Shown: positions 1 to 11,180 of the stretch, one piece after another
How positions within the stretch are numbered: position 1 is the stretch's first letter
Layout: each line of letters opens with the position of its first letter
NCBI GenBank assembly: GCA_964016885.1
Contig: OZ024744.1
Location: forward strand, 9,486,001 to 9,550,000
Direction of reading: 5' to 3'
DNA: 64,000 nt
Origin: Eledone cirrhosa
Taxonomy: Eukaryota
The notes under the pieces: model-generated
Databases searched by the model: none
What the model was told of the DNA's origin: nothing
What the model saw: the letters and a program-made list of their open reading frames with translations, nothing else
Translations under genes and position numbers: made by a program

Positions 1-220
1 ATGTGCTACCTGGTTATGTGTTGTATGTTGTCCTAGATGTGTGTATTACCTGCTTGTGTGTTGTATGTAGTCCTAGATGTATGTATTACCTGGTTATATG
101 TTGTATGTGGTCCTAGATGTATGTGCTACCTTGTTATGTGTTGTATGTGGTCCTAGATGTGTGTGCTACCTGCTACCTGGTTATGTGTTGTATGTGGTCC
201 CAAATGTGTGTGCTACCCAC
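1..220. repeat. ~40-bp tandem repeat (ATGTGCTACCTGGTTATGTGTTGTATGTGGTCCTAGATGT-like), truncated by the window start
   Basis: About 5 visibly similar units. Confidence 0.85.
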
Positions 221-232
221 TTCTGTGTTTTG

Positions 233-476
233 TTTAATATTATTAACTCTGGAAAACCAAACTGTTGAGTGCTTCTAATCTATTCTAAAACTCATTCTTT
301 GATTTATTCATTGAACCTTGTTTAACTTTTAAATATATATATATATATATATATTTAATATATATATATATATATATTTAAAAGTTAAACAAGGTTCAAT
401 GAATAAATCAAAGAATGAGTTTTACAATAGATTAGAAGCACTCAACAGTTTGGTTTTCCAGAGTTAATAATATTAA
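233..476. repeat. Inverted repeat with ~100-bp arms centred on a (TA)n tract
   Basis: AATATTATTAACTCTGGAAAACCAAACTG... is mirrored by ...CAGTTTGGTTTTCCAGAGTTAATAATATT. Confidence 0.9.
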
Positions 477-709
477 TTCAAAATATTAACAAAATAGATA
501 TTCTTGTGATCAAGTATATTTTATTATACATATTTCAGAGGTACTGAAAATGACTGAATCTTAACCATATACTATGTCAGGGTATGTCATCCATAATATT
601 ATTTTATCTGATGAGGACGTACTGTTGTAGTTAACTCAGTACCTCTGAAATATGTATAATAAAATATACTTGATCACAAGAATAGCTATTTTGTTAATAT
701 TTTGAATTT
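475..709. repeat. Inverted repeat with ~72-bp arms and a ~90-bp spacer (MITE-like or Penelope-like relic)
   Basis: AATTCAAAATATTAAC...GAGGTACTGA is mirrored by TCAGTACCTC...GTTAATATTTTGAATT. Confidence 0.85.
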
Positions 710-1361
710 ATATTATATATATATATTATACACACACAGACATATATATATATTATATATATAGTAAATAAACATGTGTGTGCGTGTATCAGTTGTCCCC
801 GACCTTTTCTGCTACATGCCCCTCCTCAATCTAAATTATATTTATGTTCCCCTTTAATATAAAAAGAAAGAGAGCCCTGTAAAGGTGTTATTACTGTAAT
901 ATAAAGTAGAAACCCTTTATTTAAACTAAGCTAAGATGCAACGATGATCAAAACAAACCCCAAAGTGTAAACAAACTTCTCGTAGGTGCTGCCAGATACA
1001 CGATAACATGTGTAGACGAAGTGTAACTGGAAGTTGGGTCGTATTATATCACTTTCAAATTGACCCCTATTATATTCAAATTAACCCCAGTGGGGCATGT
1101 ACCCCACGTTGGGAATCCCTGATATATAAATATATGTGAATATGTTGCTGTGACTGCTATTTCTAGCAGGTTTACTGCTGTCCTGTAGAGGCACAACACA
1201 AACCGGAAGTGGCAGCCATTAAAAAAATTTGGCTTAAAATCAGTGAAAATATTTTAAACAATAGAAAATTTAATGTAAACAAACCAGGGTGTAAACGGAA
1301 AAAATGAAACGTAATTTCATATATATATGTACGTATGGATTCACCGAACATTTATTATAAT

Positions 1362-1547
1362 TGTTTCTACTTTAGGCACAAGGCCAGCAATTACCCAGTG
1401 CATTACTGGTACTTTATTTTATCGACCCCGTAAAGATGAAAGGCAAAGTCAACCTCGGCGGGATTTGAACTCAGATCGTAAAGGACGTAACTATGCTGGA
1501 AAGCATGGCGTCCGACCCTCTACCGATACTGCCAATCCACCGCCCTT
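1362..1547 (-). mobile_element. tRNA-derived SINE, family A (conserved central ACCCCG..GATGAAAGGC core), with 14-bp TSD
   Basis: ACATTTATTATAAT is duplicated at 1348-1361 and 1548-1561; the same family recurs at 11885, 15440, 19250 and 34667. Confidence 0.8.
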
Positions 1548-1648
1548 ACATTTATTATAATGTTCGGTGTGTTTGTAAACAAACATCCCGTATTAAGCCG
1601 TAGTGTCCAGCAACCATCGTTGCTCGTTTGTTCAACACTGACAAAGGA

Positions 1649-1691
1649 ACGCTGTACTAGTTTCAAGCTTATTAGCTATCGTCAGCAACGT
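1649..1691 (-). ncRNA. Minimal type I hammerhead ribozyme (inverted copy)
   Basis: Reverse complement of 2063-2105. Confidence 0.75.
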
Positions 1692-2062
1692 ATACCTTCC
1701 TGCCAGATTGTTGAACGTATATACTTACCTTATGCATATTAACGGCTGAGTAGCCCAATTTGCATATCGAGTGGGTTAATCAGCCGGGTGAATCCATACG
1801 TACATATATATATATGTGTGCATGTATGTATATATATATACATACTACTGTACGTATGTATACATATATGTATGTACGTGTACATACTTATATTTAAGTA
1901 ACAGCCGTACTAAGAGTGGGAAATGAAATTTCGTTTCATTTTTTCCGTTTATCGTTTTCGGTGCACCCGGCTGATTAACCCACTCGATATGCAAATTGGG
2001 CTACTCAGCCGTTAATATGCATAAGGTAAGTATATACGTTCAACAATCTGGCAGGAAGGTAT

Positions 2063-2105
2063 ACGTTGCTGACGATAGCTAATAAGCTTGAAACTAGTAC
2101 AGCGT
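2063..2105 (+). ncRNA. Minimal type I hammerhead ribozyme
   Basis: ACGUUG-CUGACGA-UAGCU AAUA AGCUU-GAAA-C UA G-UA|CAGCGU: complete core, stem I, stem II, palindromic 2-bp stem III, GUA cleavage triplet. Confidence 0.78.
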
Positions 2106-2379
2106 TCCTTTGTCAGTGTTGAACAAACGAGCAACGATGGTTGCTGGACACTACGGCTTAATACGGGATTCTTCTTTACAAACACACCGAGCATTATAAT
2201 AAATGTTCGGTGAATCCATACGTACATATATATATATGTGTGCATGTATGTATATATATATACATACTACTGTACGTCTGTATACATATATGTATGTACG
2301 TGTACATACTTATATTTAAGTAACAGCCGTACTAAGAGTGGGAAATGAAATTTCGTTTCATTTTTTCCGTTTAATAGTA

Positions 2380-3003
2380 TATATGCCATACTTAATAAAG
2401 AAATGGCTTCTACAGGACTAAAACTCACTGATTTGAAGGATATTAGTAGATTATATGCAACATTTAATATAGAAATGGCTTCTAAAGGGCAAAAGCTCAT
2501 TAATTCGAAGGAAATAGTACATTATATGCAATATTTAATACAGAAATGGCTTGTAAAGGACTAGAAGTCGTTAATTTGAAGGATATTAGTAGATTATATG
2601 TCATATTTAATACAGAAATGGCTTCTAAAGGACTAGAACTTTTAATTCAAAGGAAATATTACATTATATGCCATATTTAATAGGGAAATGGCTTCTTAAG
2701 AATAAGAACTCTTTGATTCGTAGTAAATAGAGGTATGTATGCAATATTTAATACATAAATAGCTTCTACAGAGCTAGAACCCATAAATTTGAAGGAAATA
2801 GTAGAGTATACGTAATATTTAATGCAGAAATGGCTTCTATAGGACTAGAAATTTTAATTCAAAGGAAATAGTACATTAAATGCTATATCTAATAGGAAAT
2901 GGCTTCTTAAGGACAAGAACTCTTTAATTCGTAGTAAATAGTATTATGAATGCAATATTTAATACAGAAACGTCTTCTACAGGACTAAAACTCTTTAATT
3001 TCT
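2380..3003. repeat. Diverged ~71-bp minisatellite, ~8-9 units
   Basis: GAAATGGCTTCT recurs every 70-72 bp (2401, 2473, 2544, 2616...). Confidence 0.85.
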
Positions 3004-3402
3004 AACTGTGTACATATATGCGTATATATGTAACTGTCTATGTGTAACTAGGTGTACTGCAGCAATGTGAAGTGAAGTGTATTGCTCAAGAACACATTTT
3101 GTGGAGTTATATCATCATTTCTTGTTATAAAGCTACTTATACTACTGGCGCAACAGTCGGTATAGGTGAAAGATGTAGAAATAAAAGGCTGTAGCAGCGA
3201 TATAAATACAGATGTAGTAGTTTTAACACGACCAAGAATTAATGTTTAATGGAATTAAGTGTAATTTAATTAAAAATAAGACGCTAGAGCAGCAAAATGT
3301 TTACGTAAAATAAGAGAACAACAAACAAGATGGCGACACATAAATTTTTGTTTTTTTTTCTCCATATAAAACTTATTTTAAGCGCGATTTTCTTGCTGCC
3401 CA

Positions 3403-3480
3403 CATTGCTCAGTCAGTAGCAGCCCCGCTTACGAACCTCAGGCGACTATGACTTTACATGGTTCGAATCTCAGCCTCTCC
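3403..3480 (+). other. Degenerate tRNA-like or SINE head
   Basis: A-box-like TGCTCAGTCAGTAG and B-box GGTTCGAATC; no convincing cloverleaf. Confidence 0.35.
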
Positions 3481-3639
3481 GCTGTTCTCGAACTATCTCC
3501 TACTCTTTTTACTTAGTTCCAGGTCACTGCAAAAGAGTAAAGAGGGCGCGGCGATCGGCTTTGAGGTGGAGTGGTGAGAGACGACGATACAAGGAAGGAG
3601 CAAAAATAAAGAGAGATAGACAGATAAATAAGAGTCACA

Positions 3640-3980
3640 TTCTCCCCCCTCTTTATATTTTGATGTCTATCTATCTCGTCTTTCTCCCCCTCTCTTTATA
3701 TCTTTTACTCTATCTACCACGTATTTTCACCCTCTCTTTACATCTATTGCTCTATCTACCTCTTCGTTCTGCCCCTCTCTTTACATCTATAACTCTTTCT
3801 CCCTCTTATTTGTCCCCCTCTCTTTAAATCTATTACTCTATATACCTCATATTTCTCCCTCTCTCTTAACATCTATTAATCTTATTCCCTCTTATTTCTC
3901 CCCCTCTCTTTACATCTATTACTCTATCAACCTCTTAGTTCTCACCTTCTCTTTACTTCTATTACTCTATCCTCCTCTTA
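3640..3980. repeat. Pyrimidine-rich ~40-bp degenerate tandem repeat
   Basis: CCCTCTCTTTACATCTATTACTCTATC recurs ~8 times. Confidence 0.8.
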
Positions 3981-4124
3981 TGTGAGTACAAAATTACTTC
4001 CTTTAAATTTTTTTATTTTCAAAATCATACATTTATTAGATTTTCAGAATTTCAACACAATCTTTACAATAGAATTAAAAAGAATATATATTAAACACTG
4101 GTAAAAAAGAAAACATTCTACGTT

Positions 4125-4175
4125 CGAGACTATTATTGTGCAAAACATGGCGGTACACATGTATTGAGGTTCGTA
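4125..4175 (+). promoter_or_regulatory. Candidate TSS / non-coding first exon of BRE1 (YY1-like AACATGGCG, possible donor GAG|GTTCGT)
   Basis: Motifs only. A second YY1-like CAAGATGGCG lies at ~3326. The exon at 10994 has an acceptor, so an upstream exon must exist. Confidence 0.3.
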
Positions 4176-4357
4176 ATATTTTATTTTACTAATTTTTCGA
4201 TGTTAATTTGTAATTTATAATTTAATTTTCTTTGAAAGTTTCCGCACAAAATATAAATTATAATATCCCTTGTTGAGAAAATGACAAAATTATATTTTTG
4301 AATGATGCCATTACGGTAATATAAATGTTTGATTGTTTGGTCTGTCAAGTGATGATT

Positions 4358-4398
<41 letters not shown>

Positions 4399-4453
4399 CG
4401 GCGATGAATTAGTTTAGCGAGGTTTTTTTATATGAAATCGTGTGTCGAAACAA

Positions 4454-4860
4454 ATATTGTTATACTTGGGGAGGGTCATATTTGTGTAATATTGCCAGAA
4501 TTAATAACAGAACACACTCACTGTTTGGTTGGTTTTCGCTTCTCGCTGTCTTTTATATCTGCGATCTAACTTACTCGGTCCTCAATGCTGCCATTGACTG
4601 ACCGACGGTCAAAAATAATACAGATACAATATAGACACAAACACATATATATATGTAAACTATATATATGTGTTTGTGTCTATATTGTATCTGTATTATT
4701 TTTGACCGTCGGTCAGTCAATGGCAACATTGAGGACCGAGTAAGTTAGATCGCAGATATAAAAGACAGCGAGAAGCGAAAACCAACCAAACAGTGAGTGT
4801 GTTCTGTTATTAATTCTGGCAATATTACACAAATATGACCCTCCCCAAGTATAACAATAT
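4454..4860. repeat. Near-perfect palindrome with ~200-bp arms between (TA)n tracts
   Basis: ATATTGTTATACTTGGGGAGGGTC...ACACATATATATA is mirrored around ~4657. Confidence 0.92.
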
Positions 4861-4956
4861 ATATATATATATAGGAGGTGAGTTTTATTGTAGTACAATA
4901 AAGCAATGCAGATATCGGATAAGAAGCACTCTACAGTTTGTAGGACTGGAGTATAC

Positions 4957-5277
4957 ATAATATATAAGGTCAAAAGATGGTTAAATGGGTTCCATGTATT
5001 TTATTATGCGCATTTCAAAAACAAATATCATCATGCAATAACATTTGTGTTTTCATCAGATAAAATAGGAAGACACGATATGAAGGTTAAAAAACACTTG
5101 TGGATAGTGCAGTTTTAAAACTGCACTATCCACAAGTGTTTTTTAACCTTCATATCATGTCTTCCTATTTTATCTGATGAAAACACAAATGTTATTGCAT
5201 GATGATATTTGTTTTTGAAATGCGCATAATAAAATACATGGAACCCATTTAACCATCTTTTGACCTTATATATTATA
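4957..5277. repeat. Spacerless palindrome with ~160-bp arms
   Basis: Centre GTGCAGTTTT|AAAACTGCAC at 5116/5117; ORFs 4906+ and 5369- encode the same peptide. Confidence 0.92.
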
Positions 5278-5374
5278 TATATATTAATAATAATAAATTT
5301 GAAGACTAAAATCCAAAGAGGGCTCGATAAGGATAAATATATATCAAATATATAAGAACCGTAGAGCAAATATT

Positions 5375-5503
5375 TATTAAAATAACAGATTAAAGTTTAA
5401 GCAAAGAATCGCTGCTTTCACCCTTAACGGGATCTTAAATGAACTTCAGAAGATCCCGTTAAGGGTGAAAGCAGCGATTCTTTGCTTAAACTTTAATCTG
5501 TTA

Positions 5504-5511
<8 letters not shown>
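5375..5511. repeat. Palindrome with ~62-bp arms carrying a degenerate hammerhead-like core
   Basis: Mirror arms; CAGAAGA-TCCC GTTAA GGGT-GAAA at 5447-5470; the same terminus recurs at 8500-8540. Confidence 0.8.
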
Positions 5512-5545
<34 letters not shown>

Positions 5546-5793
5546 TGTAATAAACAACATAAGATAATTATTTCATTTACTAGTGGTTTCTTGAAAGCAA
5601 CCAAAATTGCTTTCATTCATCAGAATGAAAACATCCTGGTGTCTTTATTGACTGGATTTGAACAACAAAATTATAACAGGGGGGGGGGGGGGGGGGTAGA
5701 GAATAAATAAGAATATATAACAACACAAACGTACACATATATATATACACATATACACGCACATATACACACATACATGTATTTTTAAAAAAA

Positions 5794-8425
5794 CATCATC
5801 ATCTTACGTCCATCTTCCACGCTAGCATGGGTTAGACGGGAGTTGTCCCACTTGAGGGAAGGTTGGTCGAGTGACCGTGTCTCGCTCATATAGGACTATT
5901 TGGCAGGTTTTCTACGGCTGGATGCCCTTCCTAACACCAACCACATTTACAGTGTGGAACTGGGAACGTTTTACCGTGTTACCTACACGACCACATTACA
6001 GCGTGGACTGTGTTTTTTTTAGGATACCTACATGATCTCGATCTCATTTATTTGGACTGGATGTTGTGGTACCAACTTTACAGAGAGAGGGTGGTGTTGG
6101 TGGGAGTTGGAGGATAGGGTAGGGGTAGTGGATTGGGGTGTATATTTGGTTAAGAGGTGCCTACTGACTATAGTAGGTTTCACTTTGTACTTAGGTAAGG
6201 CGGGTCTTCTGTATTACTGTGTAGCGCCAAAGGTCTCGGTCCAGTGACATTGTCTTGGTGAGGTGTAAGTGTGTGAAGTCGGAATTTATCAAGTCGTCCC
6301 AGGATTTTCTGGGTCTGCCTACTCCGTGGCTACCGTCTATCTTTATTGCCCTGCACTTTGTTATACAGCTGTTGTCTTTCATGCGCATCACGTGACCATA
6401 CCAACGTAGCCTTCTCTCGAGTAAACAACATCTGATCCCTCTTATTTCTAATTTTTTCCTTAGTTCGTTTATGCTTTGCCGTTCACGTATATTACTATTA
6501 CACATCCAGCGGAGCATGCAAGCTTCGTTCCTCTCCAGTCTGCGTATATCCTCTGCACACAATGCCCAGGTCTCACTGCCATGCAACATTGCTGTTCGTA
6601 TGCAGGCATCATACAGCCTGCCTTTCATTTTTAGAGAGAAACATTTAGCGGCTAATAGTGGTATAAGCTCTCTGAACTTTTTTAATCCAGTTCTGACTCT
6701 AGCTACTGTACTTTCAGAGCACCCTCCACCACTGCTGATTTTGTCACCCAAGTAATGGAAGGTGTCCACTATTTCTATAGAACCATCTGTGCAATGGAAT
6801 GAGCTAGTATTCTCTGGGCACTTGCTGCTACTTATTGCACCAGAGCACCGGCCACATGTAAAATCTATATTCTTCTGTGATCCCACTACATCTTTTATGT
6901 ACCCATACTTTGCATTTGGGACATAAAATGGGGTTTCTGCCTACTCCTTTCCTACACACTGAGCATGGCCATCTCCCTGAGGTCACCTGTGCCCTATTTT
7001 CCTTTCTACAAACTAGAACTTTAGTCTTAGACAAGTTAACTTTAAGGCCTTTTGATTCTAGGCCATGCTTCCATGTTTTGAATTTCTTCTCTAGTTCAGC
7101 CATTGATTCAGCTATGAGCGTTAGCCTGAAGGACAATAATAAATAGGAGGGGGCTAAGAACAGAGCCTTGATGAACACCAACTTTTACACTAAATTCTTC
7201 ACAATATTCATTGTTAATTCTAACCTTACTGATTGTTTCATTATACATAGCTTGTATGGCTCTCACAAGCCATTCATCTACACCTAGTTTTCTAAGAGCC
7301 CACCAGATAATGGGGTGGGGGACTCTGTCAAACGGTTTCTCCAGGTCTACAAAAGCTAAGTAGAGGGGTTTACTTTTAGCTAGGTACTTCTCCTGTAGTT
7401 GTCGTACAAGGAAAAGAGCGTCTGTGGTACTTTTACCTGACACAAACCCAAACTGCATTTCATCTAGATCAATTCACTCTCTGATTAGTTGCGCTATAAC
7501 TCTTTCTGTGACCTTCATGACCTGGTCAACTAACTTAATGCCTCTATAGTTTCCCCTATCAAGAGCATCCCATTTACCCTTGTAGCAGTTAATGATGATG
7601 CTGCTACGCCAGTCTTTCGGTATGACCCCATTCTGTATTACTTGGTTAACTATACGGGTGACCGTAGTGTGTTCCACCATACCAGATGCCTTCAACATCT
7701 CAACAACTATCTCCAAATCCCAGCTGCCTAGCCTGTCTTTATATCTTTGATTGTCTTACTTATTATACTACCTTTAACTTGCACCGTTGGTCCTTCTATT
7801 GGATTGATTTGGGGCAGACAACTGTACTTTGCAAAAAGGGTAGCAGAGGATAGGAAGTTCAAGCATGTTCTACAACGTGAGGACCAAAAACGTGAGGTGT
7901 TCAGGATTGCTAGACAATGCGTCAAGGAAAACCGTGATATTGTCAGGGAGAAGTGTGTCCGTAATGATAACGGTGTACTTGCCTGATAAGAAGATAGCCT
8001 GGAAGTGTCACTATGAGTCCTGGCCACTTGATAGTTCTCTCTAATTCCCCCATCCTGCCATACTTTCCAAGCCTGCTTTTTGGCCTTGATTGTCTCCTCC
8101 ACCTTACTGTTCCACCACCAAGTTACTCTCCTCCTGCCAATAGGTCTGCTCCAGCCACAGACTTCATCCGTTGCTTTCAGCAGGTTCACTTTCAAGAATT
8201 GCCACTGTTCCTCTATATCGCACGTCTCTAATTGCTCTTCCTTATTGTTAAAGGCATCAAGTAATAAGCTTTTAAATTTGTCACTGGCCATGGGGTCCTT
8301 CAACTTCCGTATTCTTCTCCTCAAGGTAGTCCTCCTCTGTTGTCGAGTACGTCTATTCCTGACTATGAGGTCACTAACCACTAGGCTATGTTGGGAGGTG
8401 CATTCTTCACGGGGGAGGGATTTAG
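5794..8425 (-). mobile_element. Degenerate 5'-truncated RTE-clade LINE with an internal inversion
   Basis: RT motifs (LAFVDLEKPFDRVP, GVHQGSVLSPLLF, FHYLG), RRLRWYGH C-terminus, (CAT)n tail. Confidence 0.92.
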
Positions 8426-8563
8426 TATATATATCCATACATAAAAATACCAACATATATATATATAGTAATAATAAATTTGATATAGTAATAATAATAA
8501 ATTCTTTGCTTAAACTTTAATCTGTTATTTTAATAAATATATATATATATATATATATACAAG

Positions 8564-8900
8564 CATGTGGCTTAGTGGTTAGAGCATTGGCCTTGCAATC
8601 GAAAGGTTGGGAATTCAATTCTCAGACCTGGTGATGTGTTGTTTCCTTGAGCAAGACACTTTATTTCACATTGCTCCAGTTTACTCAGCTGTAGAAATGA
8701 GATGATAGGGACTGAGGTCCCTATCATTCCACTGCAAAGTGGTCATGGAGGTGCCACGGCAAAAAAGCACCCAGCACTCACTGTAAATGAGGTTGGTGTT
8801 AGGAAGGGCATCCAGCTGTAGAAATCAAGCCAGAATCAGTTCCCGTCCCACCCTTGCATGCAGGGAAAAAGCAGATGTAAAATGAAATGATGATGATGAT
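8564..8900 (+). mobile_element. tRNA-derived SINE, family B, with an RTE-derived 3' tail
   Basis: GTGGCTTAGTGGTTAGAGCA A-box and a B-box; tail AGGAAGGGCATCCAGCTG...(GAT)n is shared with RTE 3' UTRs. Confidence 0.85.
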
Positions 8901-8920
8901 ATATATACATGCACACACAT

Positions 8921-9452
8921 ACATGGTGGCTGCCAACTCGTTTTCGAGTACGGCCACTACTTTATATCCATGTAGGAGAACCCCTACCGATGCGCTGAAC
9001 GAGTGTGACTTTTTAGTCCAGCCAGCGACTTGAAAACTCTGGTACAAACACTACACTTGTGACAATTATTGACACATAGTGCTGGGCCCATGGTACCATG
9101 TGACGACAAGTGCAGAGAGATCTCCAGATATAAAGCAATGCCTGTGCCGTGAAGCTTTTATAGTGAGCAAAGGCACTGCACAAAGCCAGTCCCACTCTCT
9201 TAACCAAGATGATATTTACCAAAAAGAAGAACAAGTCAACATCATTGGACACCATCAGGGTTGCAGGTGTTATATCAGAGTGTTCCTTCTCCTAGAATTC
9301 TGCCTTGACAAAGGCTAAGAGGTCATCTCTCCCGGTGATTTTGGATGGCCATTGACTCTTAAGAGCTCCTTTGCCCTTTGACAGGTTTTGTTTTTAGTCC
9401 TGCAGGATGTCCAAAGTCACCCTCCTCACCAACTTGGTGGGGTTGACCTGAC
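8921..9452 (+). repeat. Unclassified interspersed repeat; inverted copy at 51330-51735
   Basis: Near-identical ORF translations at 9079+ and 51575-. Confidence 0.8.
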
Positions 9453-9478
9453 ATACATACATACATACATATATATAT

Positions 9479-9878
9479 GGCTTAGTGGTTAGAGCATTGG
9501 CTTTGCAATCGAAAGGTTGTGAGTTCAATTCTCTGACCGGGTGATGTGTTGTTTCCTTGAGCAAGACACTTTATTTCACATTGCTCCAGTTTACTCAGCT
9601 GTAGAAATGAGATGATAGGGACTGGGGTCCCTATCATTGAGATGATAGGACTGGGGTCCCTATCATTCCACTGCAAAGTGGTCGTGGAGGTGCCATGGCA
9701 AAAAAAGCACCCAGCCCACACTGTAAAGTGGACGTGGAGGTGCCACAGAAAAACAAAGCACCCAGCACTCACTGTAAATGAGGTTGGTGTTAGGAAGGGC
9801 ATCCAGCTGTAGAAATCAAGCCAGAATCAGTTCCCGTCCCACCCTTGTAAGCAGGGGAAAGCGGACGTAAAATGATGA
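9479..9878 (+). mobile_element. tRNA-derived SINE, family B
   Basis: Same sequence as 8564-8900, with small internal duplications. Confidence 0.85.
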
Positions 9879-9883
9879 TATAC

Positions 9884-9918
<35 letters not shown>

Positions 9919-9920
<2 letters not shown>

Positions 9921-10197
9921 CGGCTTGAGCTCAGCCGTCGGGGTCTTACTGGTTCCTATTACCCACTCTACTACCCCAAGTATTGAGTACTTTGGTGCGT
10001 TATGGTCCACCTGGTTCCTTACCACATTTCCTTCGTTATATATATATATATATATACATACATACATATATATAGATCCGAAGGCCGGAGATCAGCCGTT
10101 GGGGTCCTGACTTTTTTCCTAATACCCACTCTACTACCCTAAATACCGAGTACTCTGCTGCTTTATGGTCCCCTGGTTCCTTACCACACTTCCTTCG

Positions 10198-10200
<3 letters not shown>
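9919..10200 (+). mobile_element. Two tandem ~120-bp Penelope-like terminal fragments in (TA)n
   Basis: Both end ACCACAYTTCCTTCGTTA; the first begins with a hammerhead 3' half AACGGCT-TGAGCTC-AGCCG-TC. Confidence 0.55.
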
Positions 10201-10256
<56 letters not shown>

Positions 10257-10383
10257 TACAGAATGAATAATAAAACAAGTAGACATCATAAAAAGGTAAT
10301 TTATTCCGAGTGCTTACAAATGTTTCTACAGTAGTTACACAGCCTAGTCATGTTCTTCCTAGTCATATGTTCCGAGGCCATAG

Positions 10384-10921
10384 TACCTAGATTAAGGACG
10401 GGTTGGAAGAAGTTTAGGGAGCTGCTTTCTCTGCTGACAAAGAAAGATTTCTCCCTACGAATGAAAGGCCGGTTATATGATGCCTATGTGAGGAGCGTGA
10501 TGCTGCATGGTGGTGAAACATGGGCAGCAACTACTGAGGATATGCGACGGCTGGAGAGAAATGAGGCAAGCATGCTCCGTTGGATGTGCAGTGTCAATGT
10601 GTGTGAACGACCAAGCATGGATGAGTTGAGAGAAACTGTGTATCAGAGGGATAAGTTGTAGTGTGTGGGAGAGAAGACTGAGATGGTACGGACATGTGAT
10701 GTGCATGGAGGATGACCACTGGGTAAAGAAGTGCCAAGAAATCCCAGTAGAAGGAAGACGTAGAAGTAGACCATGAAAAACATGGTGAGAGCAGACCTCA
10801 GATCGCTGAAACTCACGGAGGAGATGACAAAGGGCCATGACAAGCGGAGAGATGTTGTGCTGAATAAGACCCGTCCCACCCTTGCAAGCAGGGAACAGCG
10901 GACGTAAAATGATGATGATGA
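10384..10921 (+). mobile_element. RTE LINE 3' fragment
   Basis: GWKKFRELL...RLERNEASMLRWMC; (GAT)n tail. Confidence 0.9.
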
Positions 10922-11040
10922 TTGAATCTGATAAACACTAACCACCTAACTACATTATTTTTTCATATCCCTTTCTATTTCCTTTCTTTCTAGAGTGTAA
11001 ATGAAGTTAAGGTGTCTCCGAAACTGACCATCCTAACACC

Positions 11041-11145
11041 ATGGCAACAAAACGGCCAGCAGTTGATGATACTGGGGCGGCAGGCCCTTCAGACAAGAAA
11101 CTAACTCGTTTTGACCCTGCAAAGTTAGGCAACATATCTTCCCTT
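11041..11145 (+). CDS. BRE1: E3 ubiquitin ligase BRE1 (RNF20/RNF40-like), coding exon 1
   Basis: ACC-ATG-G start; MATKRPAVDDTGAAGPSDKKLTRFDPAKLGNISSL; donor GTGAGT, phase 0; acceptor CTTTCTAG at 10993. Confidence 0.85.
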
Positions 11146-11180
11146 GTGAGTTAAACCATTTTTTTAATTCATATTGTATG

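Larger units (their letters stand above)
1290..2372. mobile_element. Penelope-like element terminal (pLTR) mosaic with inverted and direct duplicated segments, each arm carrying a hammerhead ribozyme
   Basis: 1552-1790 is inverted at 1965-2200; 1788-1950 is directly repeated at 2208-2372; a minimal hammerhead lies in each arm; TA-rich tracts are interspersed. No PLE coding sequence is visible. Confidence 0.65.

Noticed and set aside
608-630. CTGATGAG hammerhead core-like motif (also CTGATGA at ~5174)
   Set aside because: No downstream stem II-GAAA-stem III can be built.
1201-1222. ETS (ACCGGAAGT) plus YY1-like motif as the BRE1 promoter
   Set aside because: An isolated short motif within repeat-rich DNA; it cannot be tied to a TSS from sequence alone.
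8564-8630. tRNA gene
   Set aside because: A/B boxes run directly into a repeated SINE body; there is no proper acceptor stem.
10280-10350. Minus-strand GAAAC-ATTT-GTA hammerhead-like half
   Set aside because: The CUGANGA core is not recognisable; too degenerate to call.
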